Assembly: GCF_964275005.1 (NCBI RefSeq)
Contig: NC_092698.1
Span: 37,744,597 to 37,808,596, forward strand
Source: Diadema setosum
Taxonomy: Eukaryota
DNA length: 64,000 nucleotides
Direction: 5' to 3'
The position numbers were made by a program, and so were the translations under genes. Positions 52,026 to 63,585 of the stretch are shown piece by piece (position 1 is the first letter of the stretch; every line of letters begins with the position of its first letter). Below the pieces are notes generated by a model that saw nothing but the letters and a program-made list of their open reading frames with translations, did not search any database and was not told where the DNA came from.

Positions 52026-53700
52026 ATGTACAAGGACAAGCGGGAGGATAGAACCCACGTTCTCTTGTTTAGTTCACAGTCTAGTCTTATATGTGGAAAA
52101 TCTAATGAAGTTTTTGATTATGTACAAAACGAAATTAGAGAAAAAATGCAGAACATCGACCGATTACTGGTCCGCCCGGAGTTCAAAGTTTCCATATATG
52201 TCCGGTATCTGTTACCTGCCATGAGATTTATGATGAGTGTCCATACACTGAATAAATCACATCTTGATGTATTAGACTCTATGACAGACGGCTACCTAAA
52301 ACAGTGGTTAGGAATCCCAAGTCGAGGGGGAAACATTGCAACCGTACATCTCCCGCAAGGGATGGCCATCCCGCGCTTTTCCGATATTTATTAGAAAGCC
52401 AATTGTTCAGCTTATACCAGATCAAGACTAGCTGGTGACGGCGTAGTTAACCACGCCCTAGACTCCACGCTGGAACGCGAGTCGAGGTGGACAACAAAGC
52501 AGTCCACTGTAACCGTCTGTCACAGTGTCCATGAGAAAGCCGTAAGTGAGCTTAGAGTACAGACCAATAGCTCCTGGAAGAAGACAATAAACAAAATACT
52601 AGAGGATGATGTTGTAAACTACTGGAAAGAAAAGATAGAGCCACTCCTTTGCCAAGGAAAATTTACAGAACTATTACTGCTCGAGAGAGAAAACCTCACA
52701 TGGAAATCCATTATGTTTAATCTCCCTCGAAATGTTTTAAAGTTTGCAGTTAACGCGTGTATTGATTCCCTACCCTCTTATTCAAACCTATCCCGTTGGG
52801 GAAAGAGACTAAGCAATAAGTGCTCCTTCTGTCCAAATACAACAGGGACCCTATACCACATTCTGTCACACTGTCCATCGATGTTAGAAAGGTATACTTG
52901 GCGACACAATAATGTTCTTAAGGTTATCCAGACCATTATAATTAGCACAGAATTTAAGAATTTCGATGTTTATTGTGACGTAGGGGGCCACAGGAGGCAC
53001 AGTATACCCCCGCACATCCTGGTAACTAACCAACGCCCAGATCTTGTTGTCGTATGGCACAATCCCAAACAGATTATGTTAGTAGAGTTAACAGTTCCTT
53101 CTGAGAGCAACATAAAAGACGCTCACAAAAGGAAGATAGAGAGGTACAAAGACCTGGTTCGAGATCTGAATGAAACCGATTACGACACCTCATTTGAAGC
53201 GATTGAGGTCGGACAAAGGGGATTCATTGATGCTGAAAACAAAACTCGAATAAAGCAAATCCTCGCCAAGTGTAATTGTAACAAGAAACCAAAGGAGCTG
53301 TACAATGACCTCAGCAAGGCTGCACTTCTAGCTTCTTTTGTCATATTTTACAGCAGACACGAACAAACATGGTCTGATGCACCGTATATGTCGGTATAAT
53401 CAGGTTTTGTATACAGTACCAAATCCCAATTCAATATGTTATCAGGATTAACATATTGCTGATATTATGGTATTGTTGAAAATGTTATGTGATAATATAT
53501 TGTATAGACAGGTAAATTATTTGAAGCTGAATTGTATGTTTGATGTATTGAAACGTTTTCTGACTGTGTGATATTATTATTTTTGGCAACATTAGTAGTA
53601 TTTGCACACACCTATGATGTTGGAAAGTCAAATCCGTCCAACACATGGTCAAATTCAAAAGTTGTATTGATACATAAATCTGGTGATTTAAGTTTGTTTG
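52026..53700 (+). mobile_element. 5'-truncated, decayed 3' portion of a non-LTR retrotransposon ORF2 in intron 2 of gene 2. It contains an RT-thumb-like region, a CCHC zinc finger and a PD-(D/E)XK restriction-like endonuclease domain, pointing to the R2/NeSL/CRE/HERO group. A 3' UTR follows.
   Basis: ORFs 52026..52394 and 52713..53399 share one frame and are separated by stop codons. The thumb-like region reads IYVRYLLPAMRFMMSVHTLNKSHLDVLDSMTDGYLKQWLGIPSRGGN. The zinc finger reads KCSFCPNTTGTLYHILSHCPSMLERYTWRHNNV. The endonuclease region reads RPDLVVVW...IMLVELTVPSESNIKDAHKRKIERY, giving the PD...E..K pattern. A roughly 110-bp duplicate of the 52085-52205 segment lies at 54320-54430. Confidence 0.6.
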
Positions 53701-55051
53701 AAATTTTTTTTTGATCGATTTCCCTCACATTTTGTATAAGTGAGATATTTCATTAAATTTTGGCAGATGAAATTATTCTGTGATGTGAAATGTATCTCAT
53801 TGCCTTTTTTTTTTCTTTGCTACAATTTACCCAGTTGCTTAGTAGATTCAGGGCACCCTCCTGGTAGATTACATCAATTGATTGTAGAGCATGCTTCAGA
53901 GATGTGTGTCAGGCCCTTTGTGGGAACATTTTTTTTTTTTTTTTTTTAGGCGACCATCCATCCCCAGTATATTACTTTATTGTTTTAACCCTCTCCTGGA
54001 ATATATATATATTTTTTTCAATGTAAACATGGTTATGACCTCAACGGACAAAATATTATTAATACCCTTTATGCAGACGATTAAACGTCATTACCAAAGT
54101 AAACAAAAAGTATATATAGATACACATTTCATCAGAATTCAACTCTCACTCTCAGTTCATGGGTTTATCTCTATAGTATGCAAAATGTTAAAGTTTGTTG
54201 ATTAGTATAGTATATGTGTAATATTTTATATTTGTATATGTGATATGGAATTAGATATACCGAAAGAAGGCTCATTACAATGTTTAGGACCACGGATATA
54301 TATTTTTTTTTTCAATGGGAAAGTAATGGAGTCTTCGATTTTATACAAAACGAAATCAGAAAATAAAAAAGCAGAACATTGACTGATTATTGGTCCGCCC
54401 GGAGTGTGAAGTTTCTATAAACGTCCGACATATATATATATATTTTAAAGAATTGTTATAAATGTTATAATGATTGTTGGTGTTAAATATTATTGTTGAT
54501 ACTGGCACATTAATCTCATGGATGTTATTTGTATTGTGCACTGTTCAATGTGTACCTGCAATTATCTAAAGAGATAATTGACCTGGTTATGTATAAACAT
54601 TTTTTTGAATAAAGAAATGATTCAATCAAAAAATACCAGTGATGCTAATTGTAGGAACATTCATTCTTACATTTCAATCTGATCAAATAAGTTTATAGAT
54701 GATAAATTTGTGTTCGTAAGGGTCTAATGCTTCTCTCTGAGTGACAGCGCCATCATGCTCCCGTTTATCATTGCAAATGCTATGACATTATTGTCTTCAT
54801 CATTGCGAGATCTCTGGTGATATTGACGAAAGCATTTTAGATCATGGTAAAGAACACTATTTGACAGTAAGTATTGTACGTTAATCATTCAATATTTTTT
54901 AGTTTACCAGCTGTACGACTTCTCCATTTTGTTCATGTGTGTAGATGCAACTTTAGAGTACTCGTAGAATGTATTTTAATGTAGGAAATAGTAATGATCG
55001 GAAGTAATTGAGTTCTCAGCACTATTATATGGCTGGTGGTATATCCAACAG

Positions 55052-55129
55052 GTGATGACGTCATGGCGGGGAACCAAGGAATGATGGACCAAGTGATGGG
55101 ATTGAAATGGGTTCAGGAAAACATCGAAG
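55052..55129 (+). CDS. Gene 2 exon 3 (78 nt), encoding GDDVMAGNQGMMDQVMGLKWVQENIE.
   Basis: The acceptor is caacag|GT and the donor is gaag|gtgatg. Confidence 0.82.
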
Positions 55130-55272
55130 GTGATGAGAACGACTATTCTTAATTTCTTAAAGGGATCATACAGTTTCGGTTGAGACCTAATTTCGGGTTT
55201 CTAACATTTTTGGTGAAATAATGAGAAACCTCTAATGAAATATGAAAGAGCATGTAATTCTATGAGGAATTC

Positions 55273-55418
55273 AACATTTATTTGATGAAAATTGGTTTTG
55301 AAATGGCTGAGATATCAAAAAAAAAAAAAGAGTGATTCTAATAAAGTGTGGGACCCACACTTTATTACGATTGCTTTGTTTTATTTTGTTTTTGGATGTT
55401 TCAGTCATTCCAAACCCG
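55273..55418. mobile_element. Small MITE-like element with about 28-bp TIRs (GATGAAAATTGGTTTTGAAATGGCTGAGAT at one end, gtttcagtcattccaaacccgattttcatc at the other), an internal poly-A and the palindrome tgtgggacccacac. A related solo end with flank is present at 19095-19210.
   Basis: The inverted repeat and the shared flank aaataaac(t/g)ttgaat...cttaaaat were seen at both loci. Boundaries are uncertain. Confidence 0.35.
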
Positions 55419-56172
55419 ATTTTCATCAAATAAACTTTGAATTCCTCTTAAAATGGTATGCTCTGTACTATATCATAAGTGTTTCTTTTTTTTTTTTTTG
55501 GTATCTCGCAAAAAGTTTAAAGCCCAATTCTCATCTCCACCAATAATGTACTATCCCTTTAATTTCCTAGCTTATTTTCCTCCCTGTTGGCTTAAAGGAA
55601 CTATCGAAATATAAATGAATGTTGACTTATGTTGGTTCATGATACGCTCAACATCAATTATGACGACTGTGACCAAATGAATATCTAAATTCGTGTCATA
55701 TATTTCATAATGATATTATACTATATATTTCTTCACAATGATATATGGCACATATTTCGATATTCTTTCGATTAGATGTTATAATTCAATACAAATCAAC
55801 ATGGATTTGCATTGTGTGGTCTGAAATAAAACGACTCTTTATTATATTGAATTTGATTTTATATGCTTATTGCTTCTATTAGCATTCAAAAATTCATCTT
55901 CAGGTACATCACTCATAATTATCATAGTTTTCTTCCGTGGTCACCCTGGCATTTTTAATCAATATTGATCCCCTTGCCATTATTGAATTTGATATCTTCG
56001 AGAAAATTAAAATTCAACTAAAAATTGAGTGGAATGATGGCATTGGCTCGATGATTGTAAAAAAATCTGACAGTTTAAATCATTCGATGATATCTTGGCT
56101 GTTCATTTTCCGTATTCACCGATGATCTTTCATGTTCATGTCCCGAATTTACGTATAACATGTGTAATATGA

Positions 56173-56523
<351 letters not shown>

Positions 56524-56710
56524 TAAAATCAAATCCCAACCTAAAAAGCATCTGTTCCTATATCACACTGAGGACTATTACTGCAATCTATATTGTTCGG
56601 AACAATTGAATTCTTTATCTCGTATGTTTTTTGTTGTTATTTGTTATTTGCCATTTTTTTTTTTCTGTTGCCATGTGTGAACATGCGTATATATCTCTCT
56701 TTTTCATTTT

Positions 56711-57553
56711 TATACCCCCGCCAAACGAAGTTTGAAGGGGGTATATGGGAATCAGCGGACGGTCGGGCGGTCGGTCGGGCGGTCGGTCGGTCGGGCGGTC
56801 GGTCCGTTGCAAATCTTGCGTCGCGAACTACTTCCTCAGTTTTCAACCGATTCCCATAAAACTTGGCACAGATGTGTGCCTTGGGTTGTAGATGTGCAAG
56901 ACGTATTTTTTGACAGTACCCAAAAGTACGTTGCCATGGTAACGGCATATTATGGGCAAAAATGGGTACAAATCTTGCGTCGCGAACTCCTCCCACAGTT
57001 TTTGATCAATTTTTATGAAATTAGGTGCAGATGTTCATCTGAATATGTTAATGTGCAAGACACATATTTCCGCAGTGGCAAAAAGTGCGTTGCCATGGTA
57101 ACGGCATGTTATTGGCAAAATATAGGGCAAAATGCTTCATGGCAAAACTGCTTCATCAGTGTTCTTCCAATTCTCATGGAATTCATATTGAATGTTTGTC
57201 TTAGGATATAGGTCAGCATGACACATTTCTTGACAGTTACAAAAAGTATGTTGCCATGGTAACACGCTCACATATTATGAGCCAAAATGATGGAAAATTT
57301 TGCGTTGCAAACTACTTCCTCAGTTTTTGCCCAATTTCCATGAAACTTGGTACAGATGTGTGCCTTTGGTTGTAGATGTGCAAGACGCATTTTTCGACAG
57401 TGCCCGAAAGTACGTTGCCATGGTAACGGCATATTAATGGCAGAAGATCAAGGAAAGATCTTGCGGATTTAACTACTTCCTCAGTTTTTTGACCAAAGCT
57501 TATGAAATGTTGTTTTGACCAAAGCTTATGAAATGTTGTTTGGCGGGGGTATA
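56711..57553. mobile_element. Non-autonomous TIR element in intron 4 of gene 2. It has 16-bp TIRs (TATACCCCCGCCAAAC and GTTGGCGGGGGTATA), a (GGGCGGTCGGTC)n tract, and about 4.5 internal tandem units of roughly 160 bp.
   Basis: TIRs read at 56711-56726 and 57538-57553. The unit ...gttgccatggtaacggcat... recurs near 56930, 57095, 57255 and 57415. ORFs 56732..57211(+) and 56637..56996(-) are repeat artefacts. A (T)28 tract follows at 57573-57600. Confidence 0.6.
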
Positions 57554-57987
57554 ACCAGTCGCTGTAGCGACATTTCTAGTTTTTTTTTTTTTTTTTTTTT
57601 TTTGAAGGGCCATGAACACCGAAAGGTGGACCTGTGCGCTATAATAGCCACTATTATTATTATCATTTTTTTAGAGGTACGCAAGTTCAGCGAGGGTAAG
57701 AGAAACAGCTCAGATATGAAAGGTCGAGATTGAGAGTTACTCAGGGAGGTGGGAACCCCCTCCCTGCTCAGTCGCTTATACATGTTTCAAATTTACAAAT
57801 GTATGCGAATGTAGACTTCGTAGGGGTAGTCTCTTTTTACAAATATGATGTGGGTTATGAGGCAGGGTGGCGATAATTTTGAAGGAGATCTCTAAGAAAG
57901 ACTACTACCAGATTGACCAGATTTAACTGTTACCATGTATGACCTTTACCTTGATTCCCTGTTTTTATTAAACCCTCTACTCCCCAG

Positions 57988-58152
57988 AGCGGGAACGCGA
58001 TCTGTCCCTGGGCGTGGACAACAAACAGCCGGGCAACCGAAGCGCACCGTCAGTTGGCCGAACGAGTGGGCTGCAACCAAACAGACAGTGCAGCAAGGGT
58101 GAACTGTTTGCGGAACGTGGAAATGAATGACCTGATATTGGAGCAGTTTAGA
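57988..58152 (+). CDS. Gene 2 exon 5 (165 nt), encoding SGNAICPWAWTTNSRATEAHRQLAERVGCNQTD...LEQFR.
   Basis: The acceptor is ctccccag|AGC and the donor is aga|gtaaga. Confidence 0.8.
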
Positions 58153-58214
58153 GTAAGAAGGCGGCTAGCGGTATATAACTACAGATCCAATTTATTTCCT
58201 TGAGTAATGGTGAC

Positions 58215-58306
58215 TTGTGATCGCAGAGGAAAACTTTGTTTTGTCTTGTTTTATTTGTTCATTTTCCATCTGAGAAGATGGCTGGATAGCCCATATTCAG
58301 CTACGT
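58215..58306 (-). mobile_element. 5'-truncated fragment (3' end plus tail) of the family-2 SINE, in intron 5 of gene 2.
   Basis: The reverse complement matches 40688-40752 (agctgaatatggactatccagccatcttctcagatg plus a CAAA-rich tail). Confidence 0.4.
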
Positions 58307-58702
58307 TAAGCTGGCCTTTATTTAGTGAAACAGTCTAATTTTGCTACATGAAGTATCACCTAGATAATGAGAGATCAATGATATTTTGACATTTACGTTC
58401 TTAGTTACTCTTGCACTTGAGCCTTTGTTGAGAATATATCCTTCCAATAAATTGTTCTTGGTTTGGAAGCCGCTTTTTGTACATTTCTGTCACGGTAGAA
58501 CACTCCTTGCCTACCCGGATTATAGTAGGCCTAATAACAGTGCAATAACATCATTCACTGCGACTGAAGGTGGACAAAGAAATCTTCCAATTGATACATG
58601 TGCAGATACTCTGAGGCTACTGTCGGTCAATGTGACATCAAAAAAAAAAATCTCAATTTATTTGAAGTATACCACAGGAAATGTTTCTCTTTCTATCATT
58701 AG

Positions 58703-59316
58703 ATGGGTGATGGCGCTTTGTCGGCTCCCGTGGTAGATGGCGACTTTTTGCCCAACAATCCGGTTGATATGGTTAGACGCGGCCAGTTCCAAGTGGTTCC
58801 TACTTTGCATGGTACAAATGAGGATGAAATGTCCAGTGTCGCCCTCTACATCTTCCCAAGCTCCATTCGAGACGACGATCCTCCAGTTATGAACATCTCT
58901 GTCTTCAGACAATGGCTTCCTGATGTTCTACCCTTTACCGACACGCCGATTGAGATCTCCTCCGTAGAACAGCATTACATCGACTGGACCGTCGCCGACG
59001 ACGAGTCAGCCGACCAACTCGACGGATTCATTCGCCTAGCAACGGACCAGACGTTCGCCTGTTCTACAGAGTTCTTTGCGAGGGCTCTTGAAGCGGCTGG
59101 CGCCACAACGTACCGTTATGAGATGACCCATGACCCCTCCTGGTCTATCTATGGAGGGATTCCAAAGTGGCTCGGTGCAGCACATGCCGAAGATCTGCAG
59201 TATGTCTTCGCCTGGGGACTCAACCCTTACATTGACATTCTCGTGGGGCAGACTGACGAAGAACGACTCATGTCGATCGAGTTCATGCGATACTGGACCA
59301 ACTTCGTGAAATCCGG
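58703..59316 (+). CDS. Gene 2 exon 6 (614 nt). It carries GTNEDEMS and GAAHAEDLQYVF.
   Basis: The acceptor is tcattag|ATG and the donor is tccgg|gtacgc. It matches ORF 58703..59362. Confidence 0.85.
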
Positions 59317-59544
59317 GTACGCAAGAGTATTTCCTTGTTTTGTATTGTTTAAAAATATTTAATTGGCTCACTCAGCTCATTGACGGAAATACCTATAAAT
59401 AATAACAGTTGAAATATCACTTAAAGAGGAAATTACATCTAACTCGACTTCTTATACATTGTACTCTTGAATCAATCAGGAACCCCAACGAACCGGTAGA
59501 AAACCCAGCCTACCCGGATTGGCCACAGTACACCATGCCCGAAC

Positions 59545-62500
59545 CAACGGCGTAGCCAGGATTTCATCTTAGGGGGGGCGGTTAGTCAGCGAGGGAGCGA
59601 AGCGACCGAGCCCGAGCGAGCGGAGCGAGCGAGGGGGGGAGGGTGTGGGAGGGGGGTGTCCCCCCTCCCACGGTAAGAACTTTTTTGCATTTGGATGTTG
59701 AAAATGGTGCAATTTGATGCATGTTTTTGCGCGTTTTATCGACGTGAAACAGTCCCACTTGCATATGGTAGCAGTTTATTTTGATGTAGATTATTATTGA
59801 ACAATTTGCCTATAAAAGGGTATAATTTAGATACACTTCTTGTATTAATTCTTTTCACTGAATATCATGAACGCGACTGAACCCGAGCGAGCGGAGCGAG
59901 CGAGGGGGGAGAGGAGGGTGTGGGAGGGGGGTGTCCCCCCTCCCACGATAAGAACTTTTTGCATTTTGATGTTGCAAATGGTGCAATTTGATGCATGTTT
60001 TTGCGCGTTTTATCGACGTGAAACAGTCCCACTTGTTTAAGATAGCAGTATATTTTAGTGTAGATTATTATTGAACAATTTGCCTATAAAATGGTATAAT
60101 TCAAATATTCTTTTCACTGAATATCATGAACGCGACTGAACCCGAGCGAGCGGAGGGAGCGAGGGGGTAGGGGAGGGTGTGGGAGGGGGGTTTCCCCCCT
60201 CCCACGGTGAGAACTTTTTACATTTTGATTTTGCAAATGGTGCAATTTGATGCATGTATTTGCGTGTTTTAACGACGTGAAACAGTCCCACTTGTTTAAG
60301 ATTGCAGTATATTTTAGAGTAGATTATCATTGAACAATTTGCCTATAAAATGGTATAATTCCAATACACTTCTTGTATTAATTCTTTTCACTGAATATCA
60401 TGAACGCGACTGAACCCGAGCGAGCGGAGCGAGCGAGGGGGTAGGGGAGGGTGTGGGAGGGGGGTTTCCCCCCTCCCACGGTGAGAACTTTTTACATTTT
60501 GATTTTGCAAATGGTGTAATTTGATGCATGTTTTAACGACGTGAAACAGTCCCACTTGTTTAAGATTGCAGTATGTTTTATATCATGAACGCGACTGAAC
60601 CCGAGCGAGCGGAGCGAGCGAGGGGGAGGGGAGGGTGTGGGAGGGGGGTGTCCCCCCTCCCACGATAAGAACTTTTTGCATTTTGATGTTGCAAATGGTG
60701 CAATTTGATGCATGTTTTTGCGCGTTTTATTGACGTGAAACAGTCCCTCTTGTTTAAGGTAGCAGTATATTTTAGTGTAGATTATTATTGAACAATTTGC
60801 CTATAAAATGGTATAATTCAAATACACTTCTTGTATTAATTCTTTTCACTGAATATCATGAACGCGACTGAACCCGAGCGAGCGGAGCGAGCGGAGCGAG
60901 CGAGGGGGTAGGGGAGGGTGAGAGGGGAACCCACCTCCCACGGTGAGAACTTTTTACATTTTGATTTTGCAAATGGTGCAATTTGATGCATGTATATTTG
61001 CGTGTTTTAACGACGTGAAATAGTCCCACTTGTTTAAGATTGCAGTATATTTTAGTGTAGATTGTTATTGATTTGCCTATAAAATGGTATAATTCCAATA
61101 CACTTCTTGTATTAATTCTTTTCACTGAATATCATGAACGCGACTGAACCCGAGCGAGCGGAGCGAGCGAGGGGGTAGGGGAGGGTGTGGAAGGGGGGTT
61201 TCCCCCCTCCCACGGTGAGAAGTTTTTACATTTTGGTTTTGCAAATGGTGCAATTTGATGCATGTTTTTGCGTGTTTTAACGACGTGAAACAGTCCCACT
61301 TGTTTTAGATTGCAGTATATTTTAGTGTAGATTATTATTGAACAATTTGCCTATAAAATGGTATAATTCCAATACACTTCTTGTATTAATTCTTTTCACT
61401 GAATATCATGAACGCGACTGAACCCAAGCGAGCGGAGCCAACGAGGGGGGGGGGGGGGGGGAGGGGAGGGTGTGGGAGGGGGGTGTCCCCCCTCCCACGG
61501 TGAGAACTTTTTGCATTTTGATGTTGCAAATGGTGCAATTTGATGCATGTTTTTGCGTGTTTTAACGAGTTGAAACAGTCCCACTTGTTTAAGGTTGCCG
61601 TATATTTTATTGTAGATTATTATTGAACAATTTGCCTATAAAACAGTATAATTCAAACACACTAGTCTTCTTGTATTAATTCTTACACTGAATATCATGA
61701 ACGCTGTCTGTTCAGCAATCAAACAGAAAAAGCATGCACACGAGGGTGTAGATAGGGGCATATCCCCTCCCACACGAAGGTGATTTTGCGTTTTCAGACC
61801 TGAAATTCAGCGATCTGGTGCAAATTTTTGGTGCAACACTTTTTCATCGAAGTGTTAAAATCACGGAATTTAGCTCTTATTCCGAATGTGCACCATCTGT
61901 GCGTATGTATAAAGTCTAGTGAGGTAGAACTTAGGGGAAGGGGGATTCCCCCTCCCGCTCGCGGAGCTTTTGCGTTTTTAGAATTGAAATAAAGCGATCT
62001 TGGTATAGCCACAGTCTACTTCTTTGCATGGGGGGGGGGGGAACAGGAAGAAGGCGTTGGCGAGTGTTATCTCCACTCTTCCCTTCCGATGGAGCTTGTA
62101 TCTTTTTAAGGCTGAAATTGAGATATCTCGTATACGCATAATAAGCATATTTGATGGAATCAACATTTGGGTAATCAAAACAAAAAAAAAAATGATGGGG
62201 GGGGGGGACTGAGGGAGGAAAGGGTCGATTAAAAGGGGAAATTCCCCTTATACATGAGGGAACCTTCAGTTTTCGGAATATTAGTGAAAAGTCTTGTGCA
62301 CTCAGAATTATTCAGAATTTTTTTTAATCTAAAAAGTGTACTTAGCTAGGGAAAGCGGCAAAGAGGGGGAGGGTTTGGGAGGGGGTATCCCCCTCCCAAG
62401 CACGAGAGATTTTGCATATTTTGAATTGAAATTCAACGATCTGGTGCACACTTTGAGTGAAATATTCAAAAAAATATATCTTATTTGATGAAAGGTTGCA

Positions 62501-62623
62501 AAGGAGACCCGCTTCATGTGCATGCATACAGTATACACGCATTTTTTTTCCCGCCTCCCAACTCCTCGGTCCAAATCTTAGGGGGGGCGACCGCCCCCAT
62601 CGCCCCCCCCTGGCTACGCCAGT
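59545..62623 (+). mobile_element. Copy B of a non-autonomous TIR element of 3079 bp, inserted in exon 7 of gene 2. The TIRs are CAACGGCGTAGCCAGG and, in reverse complement, (C)ACTGGCGTAGCCAGG. The TSD is 7-8 bp, (g)cccgaac. An internal tandem array occupies most of the interior.
   Basis: The left junction is atgcccgaac|caacggcgtagccagg and the right junction is cctggctacgccagt(g)|cccgaacagg. Removing the element plus one TSD restores the exon exactly. No transposase ORF is present. The 61700-62620 portion carries gggaggggg..ccccctccc palindromic motifs shared with 35.9-37.3 kb. Confidence 0.72.
59576..61700 (+). repeat. Tandem array of about 8 units (period 249-289 bp, one unit truncated to 186 bp) inside the element. 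Each unit contains gagcgagcggagcgagcgaggggg...gggagggggg(t)tcccccctcccacggtgagaactttttacattttgattttgcaaatggtgcaatttgatgcatg.
   Basis: Unit starts (motif actgaatatcatgaacgcgactgaaccc) are at 59867, 60116, 60390, 60576, 60848, 61124, 61398 and 61687. ORFs 59582..61584(-) are repeat artefacts. Confidence 0.85.
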
Positions 62624-62949
62624 GCCCGAACAGGAGTATAAGAAACTGTCACTCGACATGGATAATGGCCGAGCAATGAGGGCGTCTTCATGTACTTTCT
62701 GGATAAGATTCATGCCTGGGCTTCATATTCAGGCTGGTAAGAAGCAACATGAGAATGTACCATTCTGCGCCATATCTGTGTGCAATCAGAAATATCTATG
62801 AATCTCCTTCTTGGAGAATTGTTCTGTTTTCCAACGAGAAGAAAGCAGTGGTAATAATACCAAAGGCTCTCCACAATGTACATTGTGATAATTGTGTGGT
62901 GATGTGATGCACATTGGGCCCTGCAAGTGGTATATCGTGCTTTCACGAT

Positions 62950-63300
62950 GACTTTATCAATGTTAGATGAAATAGATAATAATAATAATAATGATAATAA
63001 TATTGATAATAATAATAATAACAATGACAATAATAACAATAATATCAAATAACGACAATTATAATAAGGTTTTCTTTAACCAGGGCCTTTTCAGTGTTGC
63101 CACTGCTCTTATACCAAAGGGCCCTGACATTGTGTTACCCTAGCGTTGCCAAAGTAGCAATTTGTACACCTGAATCAAGAGGTACATGTGGTGTGGGTAA
63201 AAACATCTTGTCTAAGAGGACGTACGAACTCGGTGAGAATCAAACTCGGGTCCTCAGATTGGGATATGAGAGTCTTATCCACTATGCCACGTCGCGCCTC
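62950..63300 (-). mobile_element. tRNA-derived SINE, family 1, in intron 7 of gene 2. The head is gaggcgcgacgtggcatagtggataagactc...gacccgagtttgattctc, and it carries an (ATT)n-rich tail.
   Basis: The reverse complement of 63220-63300 shows an A box (TGGCATAGTGG) and a B-box-like motif. The body and tail align with 22823-23075. The tail, at 62950-63040 on the plus strand, is (ata/att)n. Confidence 0.6.
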
Positions 63301-63451
63301 AACATTTTCTTGACAATGTAAATATTGAATTTTCGACGTTCTGTTATAGGCAGACTACAGGCAGACGTGATGCACAATTCAAAAATCAAGTACAAGATGT
63401 CTTCTGTTTATTCATTTTCTCTAATACCTCATTATTTTGTTCCTTCATCAG

Positions 63452-63585
63452 CTCCAATTGAGGACGTGTACAAGCTATGGCAGGAGGACTATGCGAACTG
63501 GCGTGACATAGACATGCCCAGCTGGTCTACAGAGTTCGAGGAATACAAGGCTAACAACCCTACTTGTCCCACAGCTATGCCGTGA
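63452..63585 (+). CDS. Gene 2 exon 8 (terminal), encoding APIEDVYKLWQEDYANWRDIDMPSWSTEFEEYKANNPTCPTAMP followed by a stop.
   Basis: The acceptor is cttcatcag|CT. The TGA stop is at 63583-63585. The exon is 98% identical at the protein level to the gene 1 tail. Confidence 0.8.

Larger units (their letters stand above)
59480..62736 (+). pseudogene. Gene 2 exon 7, disrupted. The 170-nt exon is split into 59480-59544 and 62632-62736 by a 3087-bp insertion (element plus TSD). Reading through gives ...PDWPQYTMPEPTA followed by a stop.
   Basis: Removing 59545-62631 restores PDWPQYTMPEQEYKKLSLDMDNGRAMRASSCTFWIRFMPGLHIQAG. This is colinear with gene 1 exon 7 and has the same 170-nt length. The acceptor atcaatcag|G is at 59480 and the donor gctg|gtaaga at 62737. 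Confidence 0.75.

Noticed and set aside
56637-57211. ORFs 56732..57211(+) at 159 aa and 56637..56996(-) at 119 aa.
   Set aside because: They lie entirely within the (GGGCGGTCGGTC)n tract and 160-bp tandem units of the TIR element. They have low-complexity RSVGRSVGRAVG translations.
59582-61584. Several roughly 60-90 aa ORFs (MHQIAPFATSKCKKFSPWEGG…PPPTPSPPP) repeated through 59.5-61.6 kb and at 37004..37424.
   Set aside because: They are translations of the 270-bp tandem unit and its GC-rich palindrome. They are repeated because the DNA is repeated, have no start or stop context and are proline/glycine-rich from poly-C/G.
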